A stretch of DNA of 64,000 nucleotides. It comes from Rhodobacterales bacterium (GTDB taxonomy: Bacteria; Pseudomonadota; Alphaproteobacteria; Rhodobacterales; Rhodobacteraceae). The stretch spans positions 323 to 64,322 of the forward strand of contig JBBQZP010000023.1 in the NCBI GenBank assembly GCA_038207585.1, given 5' to 3'. The notes beneath the pieces were generated by a model, which saw only the letters and a program-made list of their open reading frames with translations, was not told where the DNA came from and ran no database searches. The translations under genes and the position numbers were made by a program. Below, piece by piece: positions 47,901 to 57,463 of this stretch. How positions within the stretch are numbered: the stretch's first letter is position 1; each line of letters starts with the position of its first letter.

Positions 47901-50132
47901 TCAAACCCCGATTGCGGTCGAGAAGTTGTCGGGAATGAATTCGAGGCTATCGATCCGCAGGGGTTCTCCGCCGCCGAAGTCATCGCCGATCAGCGAGACC
48001 TGGTCACCCGCCGAAATGGAAAGATCCCGGATAATATGCGACGTCGCCGTCTTGCTGTTGGCATTGGCGCTTCCCAGTTCCTCGTCCCATCTCCATGATT
48101 CAACAATCTTTCCGTTCACCAGAAGCGAAAGCTTGCTGTTTCCGTCATTCTCGTCGAAATAGTTGACACGCACATCATAGGTGCCGGACTTTCCGGCGAA
48201 ATCAGCATCGGCACGATGCTCGCCCGTGCCATCGCGTCTTATGACGGCACCGTTCTTGGCCGCTTTGAGGCTTTCCGTCACAAAGCCGCTCAGATCAAAA
48301 CTTTCCGCTTCCAGACTGATATACTCGCCGATGGCTGCAACAGTGGTTTTTGTCGGTGCAGGCGTCACGGTATCTGCAACACTGTCAAACGTGAGCTTGT
48401 CAATCCGCAACGCTTCGCCTTTGTTCGCGACACCCGTCAGCCTGATCTCATCACCTGCGGCCAGTTTCAGCCCACTGATGACTTTGGTGCTGGCGGTCAG
48501 GTCATTGGCGTTGTTGCTGCCAAGCTTCAGGTCCCACTTCCAGTTCGCGACCTCTTTGCCGTTCACCGTCACCAGCAGCGTGCTGACACCATCGGCCTCG
48601 TCAAAGTAGTCGATCGACAGATCGTATTTACCTGCCGCACCCTTGAACGTCATACCGGCTTCGTTGATTCCATCCGTGCTGCCCTTTATCACCTTGTCGC
48701 TGGACGCCGCGCCGACTTTTTCTGTCTTGAAGCCTTGCGTCAGGATAAGGGATTCAGCTTCCACGGTGATCGTTTTGTCTGGTCCCGTCGTTGTGGCGAC
48801 CGGGCCGGAAATATCGCTTCCCACAAGGATCGCCCCGGGCTGCGGCACGTCAACCGTCACTGGGGATGCAGGCTGCCCGGTTGGTTTCGGCGCGGCGGTC
48901 TGCACGTTAAAGCCATCAAGCAGGCCGTTGATATAGTCTTCGATATTTGCATAGCCGTCGCCATCCGCGTCCTTCTGGGCATCTGCAACGGTCACATTCG
49001 ATCCGATCAGGCGCTCGTACTGATCAGGAATACCGTCTTTGTCGGTATCCAGCAGCGCACTTTGCGCTTTTGTCGTAAGATAGCCGCCCACCTGGTCTTG
49101 GGAGTCGATAATTTTCCCAGTGCCATTCAGTACAGTTTTGATGATGCGTGCATCTATTGCGTCAAGCCCGCCTGCGCTCGCTCCAGCGTTAGAAAGCACA
49201 TGGTCAACCACATCGGCGGTATCAATCACGGTTTTTGTGGCTGGGTCGAAGACATATTTACTTTGCAGTTTCGACACGGCGCTTCCGCCGATTTCGCCAA
49301 TGTTCCCTGAGGCGTAGTAGGCAGTCGACGCAGAGCCAGACTCAAAACGGATCGCTTCGCGCCCTGTGGAATCCGCGCCCGCGATGAAGACGTTGTTGAT
49401 TACATGACCGGTCGAGCCTTCATTGCTCGCGTAACCGCTGTTGCCCCAGTTGTAGACCACATTGTTTATGAACTCGATCTGCTTTGCATCGTCCTTGATC
49501 GTAGCGTTGCGGAACTTGTTGTGAGCAAGAAGATTGCCGACGATGCTTACATTGGAGCTTCCGTCGCCAACCAGCAAACCCATGCTGTGCTCTCCCTTGG
49601 AATGAATTGAATCATTAAGAGCTTCGGCAATAATATTGTTCGAGAACGTGATGTTGCTGTTATCGCCCCAAGACGACAAGGCTTCGTCCAGCGACCACGA
49701 AATGGAGTTGCTGTCGATCACCACGTTCTTGATTGTCTCGCCGGATTTTCCAACCGAGATGCCATCGCGGTCATCGGGCTTGTCGCCGTCCGGGTCATCG
49801 CCCGGACGCACGTGAACACCCCGGATAATCACTTCACTTTCCACAACCCGCAAGCGTGCCCCGGCAACCGTGATGCCGCCCGGCGCCGTCTGACCAGCGA
49901 CGGTCACGTCGCCGTTAATCTGGATCTCATCCTTGAGGTTTATGATGCCCCCGACTTCGAAAATGACAATCCGGGGCTGATCAAGGACTTCCAACGCCCA
50001 ACGTAGCGAACCGACGCCTGAGTCATTCAGATTGGTGACTTTAACCACCTCACCACCTCGGCCGCCTTGCGTTTCGGCACCAAAGCCCACTGCACCTTGG
50101 AAGGCCAACAGATTTGAATTCGTGATTGTCAT
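47901..50132 (-). CDS. pectate-lyase-like right-handed beta-helix protein with TSP3-type Ca-binding repeats and two C-terminal CBM6/35-like domains
   Basis: Start trimmed to the ATG at 50132 (MTITNSNLLAFQGAVGFGAETQGGRGGEVVKVTNLNDSGVGSLRWAL, as in PL1-type pectate lyases). Repeated NN-I/V-x beta-helix rungs, DTDKDGIPD…DADGDGYANIEDYINGL, then two ~130-aa repeats of the EAES…G-Y-D…NG…IDxLxF type. Confidence 0.7.
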   Translation of the reverse strand: MTITNSNLLAFQGAVGFGAETQGGRGGEVVKVTNLNDSGVGSLRWALEVLDQPRIVIFEVGGIINLKDEIQINGDVTVAGQTAPGGITVAGARLRVVESEVIIRGVHVRPGDDPDGDKPDDRDGISVGKSGETIKNVVIDSNSISWSLDEALSSWGDNSNITFSNNIIAEALNDSIHSKGEHSMGLLVGDGSSNVSIVGNLLAHNKFRNATIKDDAKQIEFINNVVYNWGNSGYASNEGSTGHVINNVFIAGADSTGREAIRFESGSASTAYYASGNIGEIGGSAVSKLQSKYVFDPATKTVIDTADVVDHVLSNAGASAGGLDAIDARIIKTVLNGTGKIIDSQDQVGGYLTTKAQSALLDTDKDGIPDQYERLIGSNVTVADAQKDADGDGYANIEDYINGLLDGFNVQTAAPKPTGQPASPVTVDVPQPGAILVGSDISGPVATTTGPDKTITVEAESLILTQGFKTEKVGAASSDKVIKGSTDGINEAGMTFKGAAGKYDLSIDYFDEADGVSTLLVTVNGKEVANWKWDLKLGSNNANDLTASTKVISGLKLAAGDEIRLTGVANKGEALRIDKLTFDSVADTVTPAPTKTTVAAIGEYISLEAESFDLSGFVTESLKAAKNGAVIRRDGTGEHRADADFAGKSGTYDVRVNYFDENDGNSKLSLLVNGKIVESWRWDEELGSANANSKTATSHIIRDLSISAGDQVSLIGDDFGGGEPLRIDSLEFIPDNFSTAIGV
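47931..48773 (-). repeat. tandem duplication of a ~130-aa carbohydrate-binding-module-like domain inside the lyase-like gene
   Basis: ITVEAESLILTQGF…GKYDLSIDYFDEADGVSTLLVTVNGKEVANWKWDLKLGSNNAN…ALRIDKLTF aligns with ISLEAESFDLSGF…GTYDVRVNYFDENDGNSKLSLLVNGKIVESWRWDEELGSANAN…PLRIDSLEF. Coordinates are approximate. Confidence 0.6.
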
Positions 50133-50669
50133 GCTCTTCAGGTTTCCTATTCTGTGACGATACCGCTCGTTCTCGAAGATTGGATATCCGTCGAATTCCC
50201 GAAGCGCATGGCGAAAATGTGGCAGCAAGGTGAAGCAAGTAAGAAACCGCTGATCGCCGCAGCCAAATTGTGTACAGTTCGGCACAAATGCACCGACATA
50301 ATTTCGATCGGCTGGAAAGCTCCTAAGTTTTGATCGTTCTGGCAATTTGTTGCCGTCCGCCATTTGCTGATGGGCAGGCCTGCTCCAATGGCTTGAGAAT
50401 CGACCGTAGTCATAGCGGATCGGAAATTCGCAAGCCGCCCGCCCTACGCAAGCCGGTTGCTGCAAAATGGGGCATGTGTGCGCAGGCCTGGGACGGAAGC
50501 CATCCCGGCGCGGCTAAGCCTGATTTTTTTCTGGCCGGGCATGGAACAATCCGGCATATTGATCAGGCTATTGAGCAGAAGAACAAGTTTTTTGCACGAT
50601 TCTGAATAGAAGTTGCCGCAGTAAGGCCTGCGCGTTTCAGTGGACGTTTTTGACAGAAAGGTCTTTGGC

Positions 50670-51866
50670 ATGAACGGGACGAAAATTCTCGCATTGACGA
50701 AGTCGACCGGCGGCATTGCACTTTACAACCGTCTGCTTCTGTCCGAACTCCGATTGCTTGGCGCAGACTCCCACACAATATGCCTTTCCGAAAACGCAGA
50801 AGAATACGCAAGCAATCTTTCGAAATGCGGCCTGAGCGCGCAGCCAATGGCCATGGCACGGTATCGTATTGATCCCATCGGAGACCTGAGGGTTTTGATG
50901 AGAATCCGTTCGATTGTACGGTCAATGGCGCCTGACCTGATCATCTGTCACGGCAGCAAACCCGGGTTTATCGGGCGCATCCTCGGCCGGATGACCGGCT
51001 GCCCCGTGATATACCGGCAGGCTTCATTGCCATTCCTGCGTCGCGTGCAGGGCAACAAGGCACCATTCTACTGGGTGCTCGACTATCTGGCGGGGACGCT
51101 GGGCGGGCACCTTGTGACACTTACAGAATATGCGAAACGCGAAACACTTGCCTACAAACTGGCCCGCCCTGACCGGATCACCGTTATTCGCACCGGGGTG
51201 GATGTTGATAGATTTTGTCCACCGAATGACCGCGACACTGCAGTGCGCGGCCTTGGGCTTGATGCGTCCCGACCGGTTGTCGGCTGGATGGGGCGACTGG
51301 AACCACAGAAGGCGCCGATCGATTATGTTGCGGCACTCAAAATCGTGGCGCCTAAGCATCCGCAGGCGCAGTTCGTGATTGCCGGCGACGGACGGCTTCT
51401 GGACAGTGTGGCGCAAGCGGTCAGCGATGCCGGATTGTCGGACAGGGTGACGATGCTGACGTGGCAGCAAGACCCTGTGCCGACGCTGCAGGCTTTTGAC
51501 ATCTACGCGCTGAGTTCGCTTTGGGAAGGGCTGCCCCTGACGCTTCTTGAGGCGATGGCCTGCGGGTGCTGCTGCGTATCTACGGATGTGGATGGATGCG
51601 CCGAGGCGATTGATCACGGGACCACAGGGGCGCTCTTTGCGTCGGGCGATCCGCAGTTGATGGCCAATGCGCTGGATGCGGTGCTGAGTGACCCTGATCT
51701 GCGCAAACGCTACGCAAGTCAGGGGCGGCAACGGGCCGAAACGCTGTTCAACAAAAAGACGATGGTGGCGAATTGGATCGATCTGATCGGGTCGCTGACG
51801 TCGCATTCCAGCGTCCGGGCGTCGCGGTCTGGCGCCGCCACCGAACCAGTCAGAAAGCGCGGGTAA
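50670..51866 (+). CDS. GT4-family glycosyltransferase
   Basis: Start taken at the ATG at 50670 (MNGTKILALTKSTGG). C-terminal EX7E region SLWEGLPLTLLEAMACGCCCVSTDVDGCAEAIDHGTTG. Confidence 0.8.
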   Translation: MNGTKILALTKSTGGIALYNRLLLSELRLLGADSHTICLSENAEEYASNLSKCGLSAQPMAMARYRIDPIGDLRVLMRIRSIVRSMAPDLIICHGSKPGFIGRILGRMTGCPVIYRQASLPFLRRVQGNKAPFYWVLDYLAGTLGGHLVTLTEYAKRETLAYKLARPDRITVIRTGVDVDRFCPPNDRDTAVRGLGLDASRPVVGWMGRLEPQKAPIDYVAALKIVAPKHPQAQFVIAGDGRLLDSVAQAVSDAGLSDRVTMLTWQQDPVPTLQAFDIYALSSLWEGLPLTLLEAMACGCCCVSTDVDGCAEAIDHGTTGALFASGDPQLMANALDAVLSDPDLRKRYASQGRQRAETLFNKKTMVANWIDLIGSLTSHSSVRASRSGAATEPVRKRG

Positions 51867-51932
51867 GTGCCAGATACGTCACATTCCTCTGCGACATGCG
51901 CCGTCGATCACCCGCAGCGTCTTCAGATTTGC

Positions 51933-53111
51933 ATGGTGATTTCATCGTACCACCCGATTGTCGGAGGTGCCGAGAAGCAGGTTGCGCAACTGGCCAGTCT
52001 GATGATGAAAGAGGGACATTCCGTTACCGTTGTGACCCGGCGTTATCCCGGACTGGACCGCACCGAGACGATTGACGGGATCAGTGTGGTGCGGGTCGCG
52101 GTGCGCAAGCCGTTTGGCTCCGTGGGTTTCATTCTTGGGGCGGCGGCGGCCATCCGCAAACTTCGGCCCGACGTCGTGCATTGTCATTCGCTTTTTTCAC
52201 CTGCTTTGGCGGGGGCTCTGGTCCAGCGATTGTCCGGCATCCCGTTTCTGGTCAAACCGATGTGCGGTGGCGAAGCAACCACCGTGTCCGAAAAGCCGCT
52301 GGGGCGTCAGCGACTGTCCTATATCGGCGGTGCGGTGAACACCTTTCTGGCCGTCAGCCACGAGATCGAGGAAGAACTGGTGCATCTTGGCATCCCAACG
52401 CGCAAGATCCGGTTCATCCCGAATGGCGTGGATGGCAGCCGGTTTCATCCGGCGGCAACAGCCTTGGAAAAGGCCGCCTTGCGCAAAACGCTGGGATTGC
52501 CAGCGGATCTGCTGTTTCTGTTTGCCGGTCGAATGGCGGCGCAAAAGCGACTGCCCCTGATGCTGGAAGCCTGGCGAAGCGTGATCGCGCAATTTCCCAA
52601 GGCAAAGCTGCTGATCGCGGGGGCGAACCGGTCTTCCAGTTCGGAATTTCAGGCCACGTTCGGCGAGGCGGAGGGTATCCCCGACGCGCTGCTTGACCAA
52701 CCTGGCGTGCAGCTTTTGGGTCATGTCGATGATATGCCAACCTTGTTGCGGGCATGCGATGTCTTTGTTCTGCCCTCGGCCCGCGAAGGCCTGTCGAACG
52801 CCCTGCTTGAGGCATCGGCAACTGGTCTTGCGACCGTTTCGGCGCGGATCGGGGGGGCACAGGATTTCATCGTGGAGGGCGAGAATGGTCTTCAGTTCCC
52901 GGTCGATGATCGGGATGGCCTGGCAGCGGCGCTTCTTTCGCTAGCACAGGATGCAGAGTTGCGGGCGGCTTTGGGTGCTGCCGCCCGGCGAACGGTTCTG
53001 ATCGATTACGACATTCGCCAGACGGCCGCGCGCCTGTTGCGCGAATATCAGACCCTGCTGACGGGTGACCGACACCACCCGACCGATGCGCGGCGGATCG
53101 GCAATGTCTGA
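51933..53111 (+). CDS. GT4-family glycosyltransferase
   Basis: MVISSYHPIVGGAEKQV N-terminus (alternative GTG at 51867). SAREGLSNALLEASATGLATVSARIGGAQDFIVEGENG. Confidence 0.8.
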   Translation: MVISSYHPIVGGAEKQVAQLASLMMKEGHSVTVVTRRYPGLDRTETIDGISVVRVAVRKPFGSVGFILGAAAAIRKLRPDVVHCHSLFSPALAGALVQRLSGIPFLVKPMCGGEATTVSEKPLGRQRLSYIGGAVNTFLAVSHEIEEELVHLGIPTRKIRFIPNGVDGSRFHPAATALEKAALRKTLGLPADLLFLFAGRMAAQKRLPLMLEAWRSVIAQFPKAKLLIAGANRSSSSEFQATFGEAEGIPDALLDQPGVQLLGHVDDMPTLLRACDVFVLPSAREGLSNALLEASATGLATVSARIGGAQDFIVEGENGLQFPVDDRDGLAAALLSLAQDAELRAALGAAARRTVLIDYDIRQTAARLLREYQTLLTGDRHHPTDARRIGNV

Positions 53112-54000
53112 CAAGGGCCCGATCTTTGTGCTAGGCCTGCAACGGGGCGGGACCAATCAGTTGCTGAACGCCTTGCGTTCACATGCAGATACCATCTGGC
53201 CGGACGGCGAATTCCACGAGGTGCTGCGTCCGCGTCGGCCTACGTCGCTTGATGCAATACGCAGGTTATTGGGTTATCTGCCGTTGCTGATCCGCAAGGG
53301 CGACGTGCTGAACCCGCGACGTCGGCCGGTGCCGCTTGATCCGGCGGGTCGATCCTGGGTCGCACATTCCCTGCGTCAGGCGACACAATCCAATCTGGCC
53401 AAGGTTGCGCAGTACAAGGCGGCGCTTGCAGACCACGGGCTTAGCCCGGCACATCGCACGCCGGACGCGCGGATGCTGGTCAAGTTGGTGAATTACAATG
53501 TCGGCCTGGCACAGGATCTTGCTTTGGCCTTTCCGAATGCCACGTTCGTGGGCCTGATGCGGGACCCTTTCGGTATTTGCGAAAGCATGATGGCGCGCGG
53601 CGCAGAGCCGACAGATATTCTGCCCTTGTACAGCTATGTCGGAGAAGAATTGTTGCGGCTGGAAGCTGAAGGTCTACCCGTAAAGATCGTACGTCTTGAA
53701 GACATGATCTCTGACTTCAAGCTGTCGGTCGAGGATGTGTATCGCTTCTGCGGTCTTGATGTAAGCGCGATGACGGGCATATGCCTTCAGATCAAAGAGC
53801 GGATAACCGATGCGGCGGGCGCGCTGACAAGCATCCGGAAGGTTGATCGCTTTTACAGTTTCGACCAAGTCAACACGCATATGCGCGGTGATATCAACGC
53901 AAGGGCCCTGGAACGCCTGACCCCCGAAGTCATCCGTATGGTTGAGCGTACCTGCGCGCCGATCATGGAACGTTTCGGATATGCGTCACCCGCACATTGA
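53104..54000 (+). CDS. sulfotransferase-fold protein (divergent)
   Basis: The ATG at 53104 overlaps the preceding stop (ATGTCTGA). 5'-PSB-like IFVLGLQRGGTNQL and 3'-PB-like FVGLMRDPFGICES motifs in the expected order and spacing. Confidence 0.6.
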   Translation: MSDKGPIFVLGLQRGGTNQLLNALRSHADTIWPDGEFHEVLRPRRPTSLDAIRRLLGYLPLLIRKGDVLNPRRRPVPLDPAGRSWVAHSLRQATQSNLAKVAQYKAALADHGLSPAHRTPDARMLVKLVNYNVGLAQDLALAFPNATFVGLMRDPFGICESMMARGAEPTDILPLYSYVGEELLRLEAEGLPVKIVRLEDMISDFKLSVEDVYRFCGLDVSAMTGICLQIKERITDAAGALTSIRKVDRFYSFDQVNTHMRGDINARALERLTPEVIRMVERTCAPIMERFGYASPAH

Positions 54001-54058
54001 TGCAGGCGATATGTTACCTAAGCCCGCGAAGCGCCAGCGCGCCGCAATCACGCCAGTA

Positions 54059-55528
54059 TCATGTCAGAATTAAGCGGGAAGATTCCCCTTTCTGCTGCGG
54101 TCTTGTGTGGTGCAACAGAACGATCATGTTCATCTCCACGGCAAGAGACATGACGAACCACAAGAAGCGCGGGAAACTGTCCTGCAGAAACGTCATAGAT
54201 GCCATATACCCGGCAAATCCGGCCCCGAAGGCGATCACATGCCGGGCAAGTCTTTCATCGCCGACACTGCGCGCTGTCTTGACCGCCCGGAAGATGCTTG
54301 TCGCCGCGCCGCCAATGATTGCAAGAAGCAGGCCAAGACCAAGAAGGCCCACCTCGGCCAGATACTCAAGATAAAGGCTGTGCGTTGACCGCCCCTCACC
54401 CCGAAAAATCAGGCCCAACTCAAGCGCCAGATTCTGGTAGTGCATCTTGAAGTTCCCGACACCCACACCCAGAACGGGATAATCCTTGAACAGCTCGAGC
54501 GCGACCCGCCAACTGGCAAGCCGTCCTTCGGTGCTTGTATCGACCGCCTCTCTGGAGGTGACTGCGCCTATGATCGTTCCAAAATGCTCGCGGCTTTCGG
54601 GGCTCATCGATATGATGGCGATCGCCGTCGCGATTACAAAGGCAAGACCAAACGTCATCAATTGTCTGAGCGAGAGGCCCGCGCCAAGCAGCATCAGCGC
54701 AAGCGTCAGCCCGATCAATCCGCCACGCGATTGAGTGGCAAGAAGGCCAAAGACCAGCAGGCTTGCGATGCCCGCCCAGAATACCCCGGCGACAAGCCCG
54801 CGCGCGTTCAGAACCTGAAACAGCGCCAGCGGGATCGTGAAGACAATGATCGTCGCAAAGAAATTCGCATCTTCCAGAGGGCCGGAAAAGCGACCGCTGT
54901 TCTCGATCACCAGGGCAAATCCATAAAATCCGCCTGAAAAGCGCCCGAATGCAAGCTGATACGCCCCGATGGCACAGATAAACGCAACAGATAGAACCGT
55001 CACCGTGGTCGCCGTCTCGAACCCGCGGCGGTTCGTCATGAACGCCAGCGCAAGCAGGGCCACAATCGCATCCTTGACGAAATCGAGCGAGAATTTCAGG
55101 CTCGTTTCCCAGCCCTGAGCGTAGGTGGCGCTGAACAATTTCATGCACAGGATCAGCAAAAGACAGCCAATGGCCAGCCAGCCGATGTAGGGAGGCTGAC
55201 GGTAGATCGTCCAGCGCGCAAGGATCAGCATCAAGAGCGCTGGCGCCGATATTTTAGCAATCGACGGAAGGCCGAAGTGAACGATGAGGTTATCCGACAT
55301 GTTCGTCACGATAACCATGACCAGAAGTCCAAGCGCGACCAGCGGATACCGGATCGACGTGGCGATCACGAGGAAAACCACCGGCGCCAGCAAAAGCACA
55401 AAGGGTGATTTTCCGCCGATGACAACGGCCACGGCGGCAGCGGCCAACCCGGCCAGAACAATTGCAGCCAACCCCCTGTAGCGCAGAGGCAATGATGCCG
55501 CGAACCACGGGAGGGTCTGTGCCGTCAT
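54059..55528 (-). CDS. O-antigen ligase/polymerase family membrane protein (Wzy-like)
   Basis: 489-aa protein with more than 10 predicted TM segments and a large loop region (…LATQSRGGLIGLTLALML…) typical of the Wzy_C family. The start overlaps the upstream sulfotransferase stop. Confidence 0.7.
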   Translation of the reverse strand: MTAQTLPWFAASLPLRYRGLAAIVLAGLAAAAVAVVIGGKSPFVLLLAPVVFLVIATSIRYPLVALGLLVMVIVTNMSDNLIVHFGLPSIAKISAPALLMLILARWTIYRQPPYIGWLAIGCLLLILCMKLFSATYAQGWETSLKFSLDFVKDAIVALLALAFMTNRRGFETATTVTVLSVAFICAIGAYQLAFGRFSGGFYGFALVIENSGRFSGPLEDANFFATIIVFTIPLALFQVLNARGLVAGVFWAGIASLLVFGLLATQSRGGLIGLTLALMLLGAGLSLRQLMTFGLAFVIATAIAIISMSPESREHFGTIIGAVTSREAVDTSTEGRLASWRVALELFKDYPVLGVGVGNFKMHYQNLALELGLIFRGEGRSTHSLYLEYLAEVGLLGLGLLLAIIGGAATSIFRAVKTARSVGDERLARHVIAFGAGFAGYMASMTFLQDSFPRFLWFVMSLAVEMNMIVLLHHTRPQQKGESSRLILT

Positions 55529-56511
55529 GACGGGCGACGCCGTTTTTGCAGACGGTTGCCGATGTTGATCCTGAGGCCGTCGACCAATCCCTTTTTGCGC
55601 ATGTAGCGCACGACAGATCGGATGCTGTCCTTGCCGGCAACAAAACCACGCATGGCTATCGAAAGCGGAACATGCCGAACGGCATGGTCAAGGTGATAGG
55701 GGGTTCCTGCAGCGCTGGTATAGACGATCTCTTCGATCCGGCGTTGTTGCCGGGGTGTGAGACGTTGCCGGAACTTTCCAAGATTGGACGAGTCAATAAA
55801 GCTCTTTCCGGCCGCGCTTCCGATGTTTTCCGAGGGCCGCGCCAGTGACGTCATGTCGGACACATAATCAACGCCCAGAAAATCGCAGGCCCGTTTCAAC
55901 GCAACCTCTGGATTGCCAAGCAGATCTTCATAAAAGATCTCCATATAGTCGCCGCTCAGAACCGCTCCGTCACGGCGGCCCGCTGCGACATTGCGGGCCC
56001 ATTTCGTGGCAGTGCGATAAATGTCATGGCGCCATGCCGCCCGGACCGAAAGCGCCACATCGCGCGGATCGCGGATGATATGGATAAACCGGGCCTGCGG
56101 CAGGATTTCCTTCAACAGTGGCATTTCCCGAACATATGACGGGGTCTTGTCGCCCCATATTGCGGTCGGCGCGGCGTCGGGATCGCCATAGAATCGCAGG
56201 ATCATGCCAAGCGCTTCCGTCCAGTTGCGCGCCGCGTTCAGCGCATCAAAATCGGTCCGCGCCATCACGGGTTTGCCCATGCGCCGCGCAAAGATCTGGA
56301 ACGGCATGCGGTCAAACTCATGAAAAAAGCTGTCGAGATCGACGTGAAACCGGTCTGCGCGCCCACCAAACTTGCGATAGAGATAGGGTATGAAGTGCGA
56401 TTCCGGGTCACACAGATTGATCTGGGAATTTCTGTTGAGAAGATCCCGCAGCAACTTGGTTCCGCTGCGCGGACTGCCGACAACAAACAAGGGGCCAGAA
56501 AACACGGTCAT
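55525..56511 (-). CDS. sulfotransferase family protein
   Basis: LFVVGSPRSGTKLLRDLL (5'-PSB) and FIHIIRDPRDVALS (3'-PB). Confidence 0.8.
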   Translation of the reverse strand: MTVFSGPLFVVGSPRSGTKLLRDLLNRNSQINLCDPESHFIPYLYRKFGGRADRFHVDLDSFFHEFDRMPFQIFARRMGKPVMARTDFDALNAARNWTEALGMILRFYGDPDAAPTAIWGDKTPSYVREMPLLKEILPQARFIHIIRDPRDVALSVRAAWRHDIYRTATKWARNVAAGRRDGAVLSGDYMEIFYEDLLGNPEVALKRACDFLGVDYVSDMTSLARPSENIGSAAGKSFIDSSNLGKFRQRLTPRQQRRIEEIVYTSAAGTPYHLDHAVRHVPLSIAMRGFVAGKDSIRSVVRYMRKKGLVDGLRINIGNRLQKRRRPS

Positions 56512-56554
56512 GGTTCTTTTTGCAACTTACTCTGCCTGAGGAAACCGGAGGTGA

Positions 56555-57463
56555 TCATGCGGGGGGTTCAAGCCAGGACGACAGATCGAGGCCCGCAAGA
56601 TCCTGCAGCCGCAAGATATCCTCCCGGTAGATCGATAGGAGCTTGTGATGAATCTCGGGCGGGATCGACGGCGCGTCGCCAAGATTGCGTGTCTTTGCCC
56701 ATCGCGCCATGTTGCGCGCCCAGCCGGGCAAGGCCGGACGCAGGACATTCCGGGTCAGCCGGTTCTCGATCAACGAATTGAAGAATTTCGAACGCGGGTA
56801 GCTGCTGACGTTGTGACGCTTGTTCAGGGACGGCTCAAATGTCGGATCGACCTCCAGAAAAGCGAAGATGCCCTGCAGGACCGCTAGATTACCACGGGCG
56901 AAATCTTCATAGCGAAACAGCATCAACTGGTCGCGCGGGAACAGGTCCAGATAGCGTTTGACCTGCGGATAGTAAAAGCTTGCCTGCACATGATGCGCGT
57001 TTTCATCAAACGACTCGTGCATCTCGCGATGCTCTCTGCCGGATCGGACCTGCATGACATAGCCCGAAAAGGCACGATGCACCGGATTGCGCAGACTTGC
57101 GATTAGCTTCACATTCGGAACATGTTCCCTGATTCGTTGCGGCGCGCTTGGGCTTTCCAGATAGATAGGCGAGTTCTCGCCCCAAGCCTGTGACGGATCG
57201 GCGTCCCTGAACAGGGCCTCGTAATCGTCCAGCGTCCGGATCGCGAAATGATCGTTGCCAAACCGCTCCATCCGGTCACGCGCTTCGGCACCGCCATCAT
57301 ACGCGAAAAAGCGAATTTCCTTTGCAGGCATGAAGATCTGGGGATGCTGCTCCATATAGCGATAGATCGCGCTGGTCCCTGCCTTTGCGGCACCGATGAC
57401 AAGAAAATCGGGCAGAGTTTTGGCGTTGACGCGATGCATCTTGGCGGTTGATCCACCGGTCAT
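56555..57463 (-). CDS. sulfotransferase domain protein
   Basis: Start trimmed to the ATG at 57463, which overlaps the flippase stop (ATGA). DFLVIGAAKAGTSAIYRYM (5'-PSB) and IASLRNPVHRAFSGY (3'-PB). Confidence 0.8.
   Translation of the reverse strand: MTGGSTAKMHRVNAKTLPDFLVIGAAKAGTSAIYRYMEQHPQIFMPAKEIRFFAYDGGAEARDRMERFGNDHFAIRTLDDYEALFRDADPSQAWGENSPIYLESPSAPQRIREHVPNVKLIASLRNPVHRAFSGYVMQVRSGREHREMHESFDENAHHVQASFYYPQVKRYLDLFPRDQLMLFRYEDFARGNLAVLQGIFAFLEVDPTFEPSLNKRHNVSSYPRSKFFNSLIENRLTRNVLRPALPGWARNMARWAKTRNLGDAPSIPPEIHHKLLSIYREDILRLQDLAGLDLSSWLEPPA

Noticed and set aside
47787-48098. 103-aa plus-strand ORF listed in the track
   Set aside because: Its first ~30 codons are the toxin-tip remnant. 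The rest is antisense read-through into the lyase gene. It is not an independent gene.
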